The position numbers and the translations under genes are program-made. Shown here piece after piece: positions 31,427 through 43,155 of a stretch of 64,000 nucleotides of DNA (position 1 is its first letter; each line of letters begins with the position of its first letter). The notes under the pieces were generated by a model. It had not been told where the DNA came from, did no database searches, and worked only from the letters and a program-made list of their open reading frames with translations. This DNA is from Candidatus Eiseniibacteriota bacterium (GTDB taxonomy: Bacteria > Eisenbacteria > RBG-16-71-46 > SZUA-252), in assembly GCA_036380835.1 (NCBI GenBank), contig DASVDZ010000004.1, forward strand, positions 7,482 to 71,481, read 5' to 3'.

Positions 31427-31839
31427 CGCGCTCCTACCGGATCCTCGCGCTCGCGCTCGTCCTCCTCGCCGCCTGGCTCGTCGTCGCGGTCCGAGCCCCT
31501 CGGCGTCCGGCCACGCCGCCGGAACGGGCCTCGGGCGCGCCGCGCGCCGCGACGATCGACCTCGTGGTCGGCGGCGGAGCGGTACGCCCCGAGAGGACGG
31601 CCGTCCCCAAGGGGGCGAACGTCTCCGTGACCGCCGTGAACCAGGACCGCGTGGCCCGCACGATCTCTCTCCTCGGCTACGAGGACCGGATCGCCACGAC
31701 CCGAATCGGCCCCGGCGACACGATCCGGCTCCGATTCGCCGCCGACCGGCCCGGCGAGGACTTCGCCTGGCTCGTCGACGGACGCCCCGCCGGCACGCTC
31801 GCCGTCACCGGCTCGCATCTCGTGGAGGGGCATCGGTGA
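31423..31839 (+). CDS. Small membrane-anchored/periplasmic protein with cupredoxin-like beta-sandwich character, between nosL and nosY (function unknown)
   Basis: 138 aa. ATG overlaps the nosL stop (ATGA) and the stop overlaps the nosY GTG (GTGA), so it is translationally coupled. N-terminal TM/signal ILALALVLLAAWLVVAV. No Cys and no obvious Cu-ligand set. The longer track ORF from 31096 is rejected. Confidence 0.6.
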   Translation: MTRSYRILALALVLLAAWLVVAVRAPRRPATPPERASGAPRAATIDLVVGGGAVRPERTAVPKGANVSVTAVNQDRVARTISLLGYEDRIATTRIGPGDTIRLRFAADRPGEDFAWLVDGRPAGTLAVTGSHLVEGHR

Positions 31840-32681
31840 GCGCGCCCTCGCAAGGACGTGGCCGCCGCGTCCTCGTCATCGCCCGCGAGGAGTACCGCCG
31901 CGCGCTCGAGACGCGGTGGCTCTTCGCCTTCACCGCGCTCTTCGCGCTCCTCGTGCTCGGCCTCTCCTATTTCGGCCTCGCCCAGAGCCAGGAGATCGGT
32001 TTCCAGGGATTCTCCCGCGTCACGCTGAGCCTCATGAACCTCGTCCTCTTCGTCGTGCCGCTGACCGGGCTCACGCTCGGCGTCGGGAGCATCGCGGGCG
32101 GCGCCGAGACGCTCCCGCTCCTCCTCGCGCAGCCGGTCTCGCGCGGAGAGGTGCTCGCCGGCAAGTACCTGGGCCTCGCCGCGGCCCTCACGGCGGCGCA
32201 GGCGCTCGGCTTCGGCGTCGGCGGCGTGGTCGTGGCGCTCCAGGCGGGGCCCGACCAGATCGAGGGATTCGTCACCCTGACGCTCCTGTCGTTCGTACTC
32301 GGCTGGCTCACGCTCTCCGCCGCCATCTGCATCGCCTCGCTCCTCGCCGACCGCGTGAAGGCGCTCTCGGCGGCGCTCCTCCTCTGGCTCCTCCTCGTCG
32401 TCGCGTACGACCTGGCGGTGCTCGGGGCGACGGCGCTCCTCCAGGGGGTGCCCCTCCAAGCCATCCTCTTCCCCGCGCTCCTCCTGAACCCGGTCGATCT
32501 CGCCCGCGTGATGATCACGCTCGCGGTCGGATCGGGAGCGCTCTTCGGCCCCACGTCGGCCGTCCTGGTCAAGCTCCTCGGCGGTCCCCTCGGGGTAGCG
32601 CTCGGGCTCGTGACGCTCGCGATCGAGACGGCGGCGCCGCTCGTGATCGCGGCGCGCGTCTTCCGGAAACGGGACTGGTGA
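31836..32681 (+). CDS. nosY: NosY, ABC-2 type permease
   Basis: 281 aa. GTG start overlapping the upstream stop. Six predicted TM helices typical of ABC-2 permeases partnered with NosF. Confidence 0.85.
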   Translation: MSAPSQGRGRRVLVIAREEYRRALETRWLFAFTALFALLVLGLSYFGLAQSQEIGFQGFSRVTLSLMNLVLFVVPLTGLTLGVGSIAGGAETLPLLLAQPVSRGEVLAGKYLGLAAALTAAQALGFGVGGVVVALQAGPDQIEGFVTLTLLSFVLGWLTLSAAICIASLLADRVKALSAALLLWLLLVVAYDLAVLGATALLQGVPLQAILFPALLLNPVDLARVMITLAVGSGALFGPTSAVLVKLLGGPLGVALGLVTLAIETAAPLVIAARVFRKRDW

Positions 32682-32685
32682 ACCC

Positions 32686-33942
32686 ATGGAGGTGAGGATC
32701 CCGCTCCAGGAGGGAGCGCGCCCGCCCGCGCCGCCGGCGGCGGGGGGCGAGGCCAAGCGAGCGCCCGGCAGTCCGGCCGAACCGCCCGACCCCTACCGCA
32801 TCCTCTTCCCGATGGGCGTGGCCTACGGGATCGCCGGCGCGGCGCTCTGGCCGCTTCACGCGCTGGGCCTCATCCCGTACCCCGCCCAGCTTCACTGGAC
32901 CCTGATGGCGCAGGGGTTCCAGCATTGCTTCATTCTCGGCTTCTTATTGACCGCCATGCCGTCGTTCATGCATGCCGAACACTGTCGCCGTTCGGAGCTC
33001 GTGATCGCGGTCGTCGCGATGGCGGGGTTCGGCGTCGCGGCCGTCCTAGGATGGGCGGCGGCGACCCAGGCGTGTTATCTGGCGACGCTCGCGCTGATCG
33101 TCGCGATGGCCTTCCGCCGGCGCCGGCAGGGGGCCGCCTCGCCGCCGGTCGAGTTCTCGCTCGTCGCGTTCGGGATCGCCCTCGGCGCCGTGGGATCGGC
33201 GATGATCGGAGGCGCCGCGCTCGGCCTCTTCGACGAGCCGGCGCCGCGCCTCGGGATCCGTCTCGTCTGGATGGGCATGATCCTCTCCGCGGTGCTCGGC
33301 GTCGGCGGCCTGCTCGTGCCGACGTTCAGCGCCATGCGCGAGCCGCTCGAGATCCCCGGCATCGCCCGGCCGCACGAGCGGCGGCCCCGGCGGATCCTCT
33401 ACGGCGTCGTGGCCCTCCTCCTCCTCTGCTCGCTGATTCTCGAGGGGGCGGGCCACGCCGCCCTCGGCGCCATCCTGAGGGCGGCCACCGCCAGCGGCGT
33501 GCTGCTCCTCGTCTGGAAGCTGTTCCGAAGGCCGGGGCGAGCCGACCTGCTCTCCTACGCGATCTGGGCCGCCGGGTGGTCGATCTTCGCCGGTCTCTGG
33601 CTGATGGCGTTCTTCCCGTCGCACCCCCTGCTCGGCGCGCACTTCGTCCTGATCGGGGGATTCGGGCTCCTCTCGGCGGGGATCGGAACGCGGGTCGTGG
33701 TGCGGCACGGCGGCCATCCGCTTCCCGAGGAGGGGCGCGTCCTGCGCCCGGCGGTGATCGCGCTCCTCGCGGCGACGCTCGCCGCGCGGGCGGCGGGCGA
33801 GCTGGCTCCTGGCCCTCGTCTCACGCTCCTCGCCGCGAGCGCGCTCGCGTGGATCGCCGCGTGGACCGTCTGGGCGGTCGGGGCGGCGCCGCGAATCCGG
33901 CGCCGCCGCGCGCCGCGCGCGGACGCGCCGCGGACCGCGTGA
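32686..33942 (+). CDS. nnrS: NnrS-family heme-copper membrane protein (NO-response)
   Basis: 418 aa, about 12 TM helices. The NnrS hallmark HWTLMAQGFQHCFILGFLLTAMPSFMHAEH (GFLLTA) plus conserved His positions. Starts 4 nt after nosY. Confidence 0.75.
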   Translation: MEVRIPLQEGARPPAPPAAGGEAKRAPGSPAEPPDPYRILFPMGVAYGIAGAALWPLHALGLIPYPAQLHWTLMAQGFQHCFILGFLLTAMPSFMHAEHCRRSELVIAVVAMAGFGVAAVLGWAAATQACYLATLALIVAMAFRRRRQGAASPPVEFSLVAFGIALGAVGSAMIGGAALGLFDEPAPRLGIRLVWMGMILSAVLGVGGLLVPTFSAMREPLEIPGIARPHERRPRRILYGVVALLLLCSLILEGAGHAALGAILRAATASGVLLLVWKLFRRPGRADLLSYAIWAAGWSIFAGLWLMAFFPSHPLLGAHFVLIGGFGLLSAGIGTRVVVRHGGHPLPEEGRVLRPAVIALLAATLAARAAGELAPGPRLTLLAASALAWIAAWTVWAVGAAPRIRRRRAPRADAPRTA

Positions 33943-33961
33943 CGCGAACGCCCCGATCCGG

Positions 33962-34020
33962 TATAATGAGCGTATCGTTGTAGGTTTCCGCGCATCTCAG
34001 AAGGGTTTCCCCACGGAAAC
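33962..34020 (+). promoter_or_regulatory. Promoter-like element (perfect TATAAT in GGTATAATG) plus 7-bp inverted repeat GTTTCCG...CGGAAAC in the 5' leader of the second cytochrome c gene
   Basis: TATAAT at 33962..33967 is conspicuous against the GC-rich background. Inverted repeat 33984..33990 / 34014..34020 separated by 23 nt, with the direct repeat GGTTTCC twice. It ends 8 nt before the ATG at 34028. Confidence 0.4.
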
Positions 34021-34027
34021 GAACCGC

Positions 34028-34576
34028 ATGGCGTCGAGACGTCGCTCGGCAATCCTGGTCGCGCTCGCGGCCGCCACCGCTGGCGGCTGCGGATGGTTCC
34101 AATCCCCGAAGACCACCGCCCCCACCCCGGAAGCCGTCGTTTCCGTCTATGACCGCGGCCCGCGGGCCGGCGAGGCGCCCTACATGCCGGTCTGGGCGAT
34201 CAGGGGGGAGTCTCTGTTCGTCCAGAAGGGCTGCAAGGCATGCCACGCCTATGGAGCCCGCCTCACCGGCCCCGACCTGAGGGGCGTCACCCGCCGGCGC
34301 TCCGCCGAGTGGATGGAGCAACAGATCCTCCACCCCGACGTCATGACCAAGGAAGATCCGATCTCGATGGCCCTGTTCGCCGAGTACGTCGCGCAGATGG
34401 CGAATCAAGGGCTCACGCCCGACGAGGCGAAGGACGTCATCGAATACCTGAAGAAGCTGGACGACGGGACGGAGGAGCGGGAAGGGCCGCAGGCCTTCCA
34501 GACCCAGAGCCCTCCGCCCTTCGCCGTTCCCGACTCGTCGGCTCCTCCCGCTACTTCCTCTCCACCGCCTTCTTGA
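34028..34576 (+). CDS. Monoheme c-type cytochrome, paralog of the 25464..25937 gene
   Basis: 182 aa, signal peptide, single CxxCH (KGCKACHAY). About 70% identical over the core to the nosZ-upstream cytochrome, including the identical 29-nt stretch at 34436..34464. Pro/Ser-rich C-terminal tail. Confidence 0.85.
   Translation: MASRRRSAILVALAAATAGGCGWFQSPKTTAPTPEAVVSVYDRGPRAGEAPYMPVWAIRGESLFVQKGCKACHAYGARLTGPDLRGVTRRRSAEWMEQQILHPDVMTKEDPISMALFAEYVAQMANQGLTPDEAKDVIEYLKKLDDGTEEREGPQAFQTQSPPPFAVPDSSAPPATSSPPPS
34436..34464 (+). repeat. 29-nt exact repeat (copy 2), see 25870..25898
   Basis: Identical to 25870..25898. Confidence 0.8.
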
Positions 34577-35072
34577 GCGCCGCCATGGTGGCGGCCATCT
34601 CCCCTTCCATCTTCCCTGCCGTCGCCTGCAGATCCTCCGCCTTGCTCTCGTCCGTGTACTGCTCCACGTACGTGACGTGCGTCATGGCGCCGCTCGGAGA
34701 GAGGAGGAGCTTCGCCTGGCACATGTAGGAGCCGTTCGTCGGCTCGTGCGCGACGCGAAGCTCCTTGCCGCGGTCGAGGTAGGTCACGATCGAGCGGCCC
34801 CCGTTCCCGAACTCGTCGGTGAAATCGAGCACGTCGCCCACCTTGGCGATCGTCACCTTGGCGTTCGACGCGTTCTTCCAGACCGGGCACCAGGTGACGA
34901 GGTTCTTGCCCGCGGTCAGATAGCTCCAGACGGCGACCGGTGGCGCGGCGATGTCCGCTTCCGACGTGAGGCGAACGACCGGGATCTGCTTCCACTCCGC
35001 GGACGCGGTCCCGGCGGACCCCGCGGCGAGGGTGAACGAGGCGAGCACGGCGAGGGCGAAACGGCGCTTCAT
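34551..35072 (-). CDS. Secreted SRPBCC-superfamily (AHSA1/START-like) protein
   Basis: 173 aa, signal peptide MKRRFALAVLASFTLAAGSAGTASA. Alpha/beta-grip-like pattern (WSYLTAGKNLVTWCPVW ... ). The 3' end overlaps the convergent cytochrome c gene by about 26 nt. Confidence 0.65.
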   Translation of the reverse strand: MKRRFALAVLASFTLAAGSAGTASAEWKQIPVVRLTSEADIAAPPVAVWSYLTAGKNLVTWCPVWKNASNAKVTIAKVGDVLDFTDEFGNGGRSIVTYLDRGKELRVAHEPTNGSYMCQAKLLLSPSGAMTHVTYVEQYTDESKAEDLQATAGKMEGEMAATMAALKKAVERK

Positions 35073-35234
35073 GGCGCTTCCTCCTGGATGTGGACCGGGC
35101 GCGACTCCTCGCGCTCCAATCGCGATTCGGAAACCGGGGCGCTGCGTCTATACCGCGAAACGGCGGCCCCCGGCAAGCCCGGTTCGAGGTCGATCGCGCT
35201 TTGTGCCTCGTCCGGGCTTCGGTAGAGTCCGCGC

Positions 35235-36485
35235 ATGACCCTCGAAACGCAAGGCCTTGCCGGAATCGCGGTCGCGGCGATCGGCGGCGCGGCGATCGGC
35301 GTGGAGCGCCAGCGGTCGGGCCACGCGACCGGCCCGGGGGCTCGGTTCGGGGGCATCCGCACCTTCACGCTCCTCGGCGCCGTCGCCGGCATGGCGGGGT
35401 GGATCTGGTCGCTCGGCTCGCCCGCGATCGCCGCGGCGCTGGCCGCCGCGCTCGGCGCCCTCGTGGTCGTCTCGTACGTCGCGTCGAGCCGCCGCGACGT
35501 CGACGGAACGACCGAGGTCGCGGCGCTCGCGGTCCTCGGCGCGGGGCTCCTGGCGGGCGCCGGGCGGCTCTCGCTCGCGAGCGGCGTCGTCGCGGTCACC
35601 GCGCTCCTCCTCGTCGAGAAGTCGCGGCTCCACGCGGCCGTGGCCAAGCTCGACGACGCGGAGCTGCGCGCCGCGATCCGGTTCGCCGTGATGGCGGTGG
35701 TGATCCTGCCGCTCCTGCCCCAAGGGCCGTTCGGCCCCCTCGGCGGCATCCGCCCCCGCCAGCTCTGGATGCTGGTCCTCTTCTTCTCCGGAATCAGCTT
35801 CGCGGGCTATCTCGCGCGGCGGGCCATCGGGCTCCGCCACGGGACCGTCGCCGCGGGCCTCCTCGGGGGCCTCGTCTCCTCCACCAGTGTGACGTTCGCT
35901 CTCTCCCGGGCGAGCCGCGATCGCGCCGGGATGTCGCGCTCGCTCGCGTTCGGGATCCTCGCCTCGTGCGTCGTCATGTACTTCCGCGTCCTCCTGGCGG
36001 CCGCCGTGCTCGACCTCGACCTGATGAGCGCGCTCTTGCCGTACGTGATCGCTCCCCTCGCCGCCACCGCCGGCATCGCCGCCTGGGGCCTTCGCGGGGC
36101 CCGGGAGCCTCGCGACGCCCAGCCGGGCCCGTCGAACCCGCTCGAGCTCAAGGCGGCGCTCCAGATGGCCGGCCTCTTCCAGGTCGTCCTCTTCGTGGTT
36201 TACGCCGCCCGCGCGGCCTGGGGCGACCTCGGGCTCGCGGTATCCGGCGGCCTCCTCGGCCTCACCGACATGGACGCCCTCACGATCTCCATGGCCCGAA
36301 CCGCGGCCGATCCGATCGCGCTCCACGGCGCGGCCCAGGCCGTAGCCGTCGGCATCGTGTCGAACAGCCTCTTCAAGGCGGCCGTCGCGCTCGCGCTGGG
36401 GCGGGGCGTCCTCCGCTGGGTCGTCCCCGCGTCGCTCTTCGTCTCGGCGATCCTCGGCGCGGCGGCCCTGCTCTACTACCGCTGA
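35235..36485 (+). CDS. MgtC/SapB-family N-terminal domain + DUF4010 membrane protein
   Basis: 416 aa. MgtC signature GIAVAAIGGAAIGVERQ...GIRTFTLLGAVAG followed by a further multi-TM C-terminal half. Confidence 0.8.
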   Translation: MTLETQGLAGIAVAAIGGAAIGVERQRSGHATGPGARFGGIRTFTLLGAVAGMAGWIWSLGSPAIAAALAAALGALVVVSYVASSRRDVDGTTEVAALAVLGAGLLAGAGRLSLASGVVAVTALLLVEKSRLHAAVAKLDDAELRAAIRFAVMAVVILPLLPQGPFGPLGGIRPRQLWMLVLFFSGISFAGYLARRAIGLRHGTVAAGLLGGLVSSTSVTFALSRASRDRAGMSRSLAFGILASCVVMYFRVLLAAAVLDLDLMSALLPYVIAPLAATAGIAAWGLRGAREPRDAQPGPSNPLELKAALQMAGLFQVVLFVVYAARAAWGDLGLAVSGGLLGLTDMDALTISMARTAADPIALHGAAQAVAVGIVSNSLFKAAVALALGRGVLRWVVPASLFVSAILGAAALLYYR

Positions 36486-36487
36486 CG

Positions 36488-37078
36488 ATGCGCGGGCCGA
36501 TCGACTTCCTCTCACGCGCCGAGCCGAGGGCCGGCGATTCGACCGGCGCCGACGCGCTCTTCGCGCTCGCCGGCGCCCAGGAGCGGGAGGCGTTCACCGC
36601 GGACGCCTGGCGGCGCGGCACCGCGCGAACGCTCGTGCTGAGCGTCGGGCGGTTCGACTGGCGCCGCTACCGATCCCTCGGGCTGCCCGGGGGAGACGCC
36701 CTGCGCGCCGCCGTCGACGCGGTTCCCTACCGTCGCCGTCACTTCCTCGTGGTGGTCGAAGGGGCGGAAGCCGAGATCGTCTCGATCGGCCGGCGCCGGT
36801 TCGGCACACGCCACGAGCTGCGCTGCCTCGCGCGCCTGGCCGCGGAGCGCCGTTGGCGGGCGATCGTCGTCGCGACGTCGGCCTTTCATCTTCGCCGCAC
36901 GTCCCTCGCGGCGCGCCGGATCTTCCGGGGCTCCGGCGTGTCGATCGCCTACCTCGCGGTGCCGCGCGACCTCGACCGCTACGCGCCCGGAGTCTGGCGC
37001 CGGACGTTCCGCGGCGTGCGCGTGGTCGCGAGCGAGTTCGTCAAGCTGGCCGTCTACGCGCTCTTCCTCGGACGCTGA
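36488..37078 (+). CDS. DUF218 / YdcF-ElyC-SanA family protein
   Basis: 196 aa; ATG 3 nt after the MgtC-like stop. RTLVLSVGRFDWRRYRSLGLPGG ... AIVVATSAFHLRRTSLAARRIF resembles the YdcF-like Rossmann fold. Confidence 0.6.
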   Translation: MRGPIDFLSRAEPRAGDSTGADALFALAGAQEREAFTADAWRRGTARTLVLSVGRFDWRRYRSLGLPGGDALRAAVDAVPYRRRHFLVVVEGAEAEIVSIGRRRFGTRHELRCLARLAAERRWRAIVVATSAFHLRRTSLAARRIFRGSGVSIAYLAVPRDLDRYAPGVWRRTFRGVRVVASEFVKLAVYALFLGR

Positions 37079-37130
37079 CGCGGGCCGCGCCTGGCCGCCG
37101 CGAGGCGGCTCCCTGGGCGGTCGAAGCGCG

Positions 37131-37856
37131 TCACGCCCGCTCGCCGCGCAGGATCACCGACGTGCCGAAGACGCGCTCCTCCACGGAGACCCGCTCGAAG
37201 CCCAGGTCGCGCATGAGCCCCGCCACGACGCGCTGGCCCGGATAGGCGCGGATCGACTCGACGATGTGCCAGTAGGTGCTCGCCCGGCCGTGGAGCAGGG
37301 CGCCCCACGTGGTGCCCGCCGCGAGGAGGTACGCGACATAGGCGCGCCGCGCGATCGGGTTCTCGGGAACGCCGAAGTCGAGCGAGAGGAAGACGCCCCC
37401 CGGGCGGAGGGCGCGATGGATCGCGGCGAGCGTCGCGCCGAGGTCGGTCGGATAGCGGAGCCCGTAGCCCATCAGCACCGCGTCGAACCGCCCGGCCGCG
37501 ACCGGGATCGCGTTCAGGTCCCCGACGACGTACCGGACGCCCGGGAGGCGTTTGCGATGCGCCTTCGCGAGCATCGGCCGGCTCCGGTCGAGCGCGACGA
37601 CCCGGTCGTCGCGGCCGGCGGCGCGCAGCAGCGCCGGCAGCTCCGCGGTGCCGGTGGCGAGGTCGAGGATCGCGGCGCCGGGCCGCGGCGGCGGCAGCCG
37701 CGCGATGAGCGCGCGCTTCCACCGGCGATCCTGGCCGAGGGAGAGGAGCCGCGTGAGCGCGTCGTATCGGGGTGCCACGCGCCGGAAGATCGCGTCGACG
37801 TCCCGGACGCGCTTCTCGCGATCCAAGGGCCACGGTTGGAGGCGGAGGGCGCTCAT
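37131..37856 (-). CDS. ubiE: Demethylmenaquinone/ubiquinone C-methyltransferase (UbiE/MenG family, class I SAM MTase)
   Basis: 241 aa. UbiE signature RRVAPRYDALTRLLSLGQDRRWKRAL (YD..N...S.G....WR) and SAM-binding ILDLATGTAEL. Confidence 0.8.
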   Translation of the reverse strand: MSALRLQPWPLDREKRVRDVDAIFRRVAPRYDALTRLLSLGQDRRWKRALIARLPPPRPGAAILDLATGTAELPALLRAAGRDDRVVALDRSRPMLAKAHRKRLPGVRYVVGDLNAIPVAAGRFDAVLMGYGLRYPTDLGATLAAIHRALRPGGVFLSLDFGVPENPIARRAYVAYLLAAGTTWGALLHGRASTYWHIVESIRAYPGQRVVAGLMRDLGFERVSVEERVFGTSVILRGERA

Positions 37857-37857
37857 C

Positions 37858-39246
37858 TCAGTCGGCGAGCCATCCCGCCCGCTCGAGCGCGCGCCACGCG
37901 TCCTCTTCGCCTCGCGAGAGGAGCGCCGCCGCGGTGCGCGGCGAGTAGTCGAGGACGCCTCCCGGAAGGGGGCGGTCGGGTTCCACGATGCAGAGCGGCC
38001 GGGGGAGAGCGCCGCTCGTCCATGGTGGCGGGAGCGCCCGCAGCTCCTCCTGGAGATCGCGCCAGTTGGCCAGGTCGAGAAGGCGGCCCCAGACGGTGAT
38101 CGGGTCCCCGGTCTTCGTCTCGGCGGGGGGCGCCCCGCTCGGCGCCACGACCACGACGAGAACCGCGTCCGCGCTGTCGTGGATCGCGGCCCGAAGCGGA
38201 TGCATCGAGATCGCCAGGGGGTCGATGAACTCCCGCCCGCGGATCCGCACCGGCTCGAAGATCACCGGAACCGCCGACGACGCGACCGCGGCCTCGAGCA
38301 CCTCCTCCGGCCTCGTGACCGAGATCGTATCGCCGAGCGCCTCGCGGACCCGATCGCGGAACGACGGCGACGGATCGGGCCAGTTGATGAAGTACGTGAC
38401 GCGGCCGTTGTCGAGGGCCAGGGCGCTCACGACCAGGTGGACGCGGCCGTCGACCAGCCGCGACGGATCGCCCTCCTCGGCGAGGCGTCGCGCCATCCGC
38501 CGCCTCGCCGCGCTGCCCCAGAGGCCCCGCGCCTTGGTCTCGGGGAGGAGGCCGAGGAAGGCCCGGCGGATCAGAGCTCCCACGCGGCCCGGCCGGTTCG
38601 CGAGCCAGACCATCGTGGCCACCGCGAGGAGCGTCGCGCTGAATCGGTGGGGCCACGGGAGGGCGAAGAGCCAGGCGACGACGTGGATCGCGGCCCAGAC
38701 GGCGAGCCCGACGGGCGCCCACCGGCGGGCGCGCCGGCCGATCTCCGGGTCGCCGAAGCGCACGAAAAGCTCCTCCGCGCCGCGGGACGCGCGGAGGATC
38801 CCGAATCCGGCCGCGGCGACCACGCCCCACGCGAGGATGTCGAGGATCGCCGACGGCACGCCGATGTCGGCGACCGGCTGACGCCAGTAGAGCGCGGTCA
38901 CGCTCAGCTCGTAGGACCCGATCCACGCGACGAGCACTTCCACGAGGCCGAGGACCAGAAGGAAGGCCCCGACCGCGCGCCACGCGATGGAGCCGAGGCG
39001 CATTCCGATCACGCCCGGGCGCATGTCGCGCCAGACGCGCTCGAGGCCCGCCGCGCTGAACCCCTGCGCGACCCACGCCACGGCGTTGAGCGCTCCCGCC
39101 GAGGCGCCCGAGACGATGGCGGGCTCGAGGCCGAGACGCTCCAGCGCCCGGAGCACGCCGACTTCGTAGCCGCCCAGCGCGCCGCCCCCCGAGAGGACGA
39201 CCGCGATGCGGCGGAACGGGAGGTCGGGGCGGAGCGCGCGGGACAT
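37858..39246 (-). CDS. Patatin-like phospholipase with C-terminal transmembrane region
   Basis: 462 aa. Oxyanion hole GGGALGGYEVGVL, nucleophile elbow GASAGALNA, catalytic DGG-type Asp region (IDPLAI). Hydrophobic helices in the middle and C-terminal part. Confidence 0.85.
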   Translation of the reverse strand: MSRALRPDLPFRRIAVVLSGGGALGGYEVGVLRALERLGLEPAIVSGASAGALNAVAWVAQGFSAAGLERVWRDMRPGVIGMRLGSIAWRAVGAFLLVLGLVEVLVAWIGSYELSVTALYWRQPVADIGVPSAILDILAWGVVAAAGFGILRASRGAEELFVRFGDPEIGRRARRWAPVGLAVWAAIHVVAWLFALPWPHRFSATLLAVATMVWLANRPGRVGALIRRAFLGLLPETKARGLWGSAARRRMARRLAEEGDPSRLVDGRVHLVVSALALDNGRVTYFINWPDPSPSFRDRVREALGDTISVTRPEEVLEAAVASSAVPVIFEPVRIRGREFIDPLAISMHPLRAAIHDSADAVLVVVVAPSGAPPAETKTGDPITVWGRLLDLANWRDLQEELRALPPPWTSGALPRPLCIVEPDRPLPGGVLDYSPRTAAALLSRGEEDAWRALERAGWLAD

Positions 39247-39901
39247 GGCGCGATCATACGGGATTGCCGCGGCGGCCCGAAGCGCCTACCCTTTTGTTCG
39301 CATGTCGCCCGATTTCGACGTCGCCCACGCGGTCCGGACGCTCCGCGCCGCCGACCCCGCGCTCGCCCGGCTGATCGACCGCGCCGGACCCTGCCGGTAC
39401 CGGGTCCGCCCCGCGCAGAATCCCTTTCATTCGCTCGCCGAATCGATCGCCTACCAGCAGCTCCACGGAAGGGCCGCCGCGGCGATCTTCGCGCGCGTTC
39501 GCGCGATCTACGCCCCGCGGCGCTTCCCCACCCCCGAGATGTTCCTCGCGACGCCCGACGAGGCGCTCCGCGCCGCCGGACTCTCGCGCGCCAAGCTCGC
39601 GGCGATGAGGGATCTCGCGGCGAAAACGGCGGACGGTACGATCCCCTCGCTGGTCCGGCTCAGGCGGATGGACGACGAGGAGATCATCGAACGCCTGACC
39701 GAGGTGCGTGGGATCGGGCGGTGGACCGCGGAGATGCTCCTCATGTTCCGTCTCGGGCGCCCGGACGTGCTGCCGGCCACCGACTTCGGGGTCCGCAAGG
39801 GATACTCGATCGCGTTCCGGAAACGGGCGATGCCGGCTCCGAAGGCGCTCCTCGCGCATGGCGAGCGGTGGCGGCCGTTCCGTTCGGTGGCCGCCTGGTA
39901 C

Positions 39902-43153
<3,252 letters not shown>

Positions 43154-43155
43154 CG

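Noticed and set aside
35148-36515. 455-aa minus ORF antisense to the MgtC-like gene, and the 35090..37078 plus ORF N-terminal portion
   Set aside because: Charged low-complexity antisense translation. Only the last 196 codons of 35090..37078 (from ATG 36488) form a plausible DUF218 protein.
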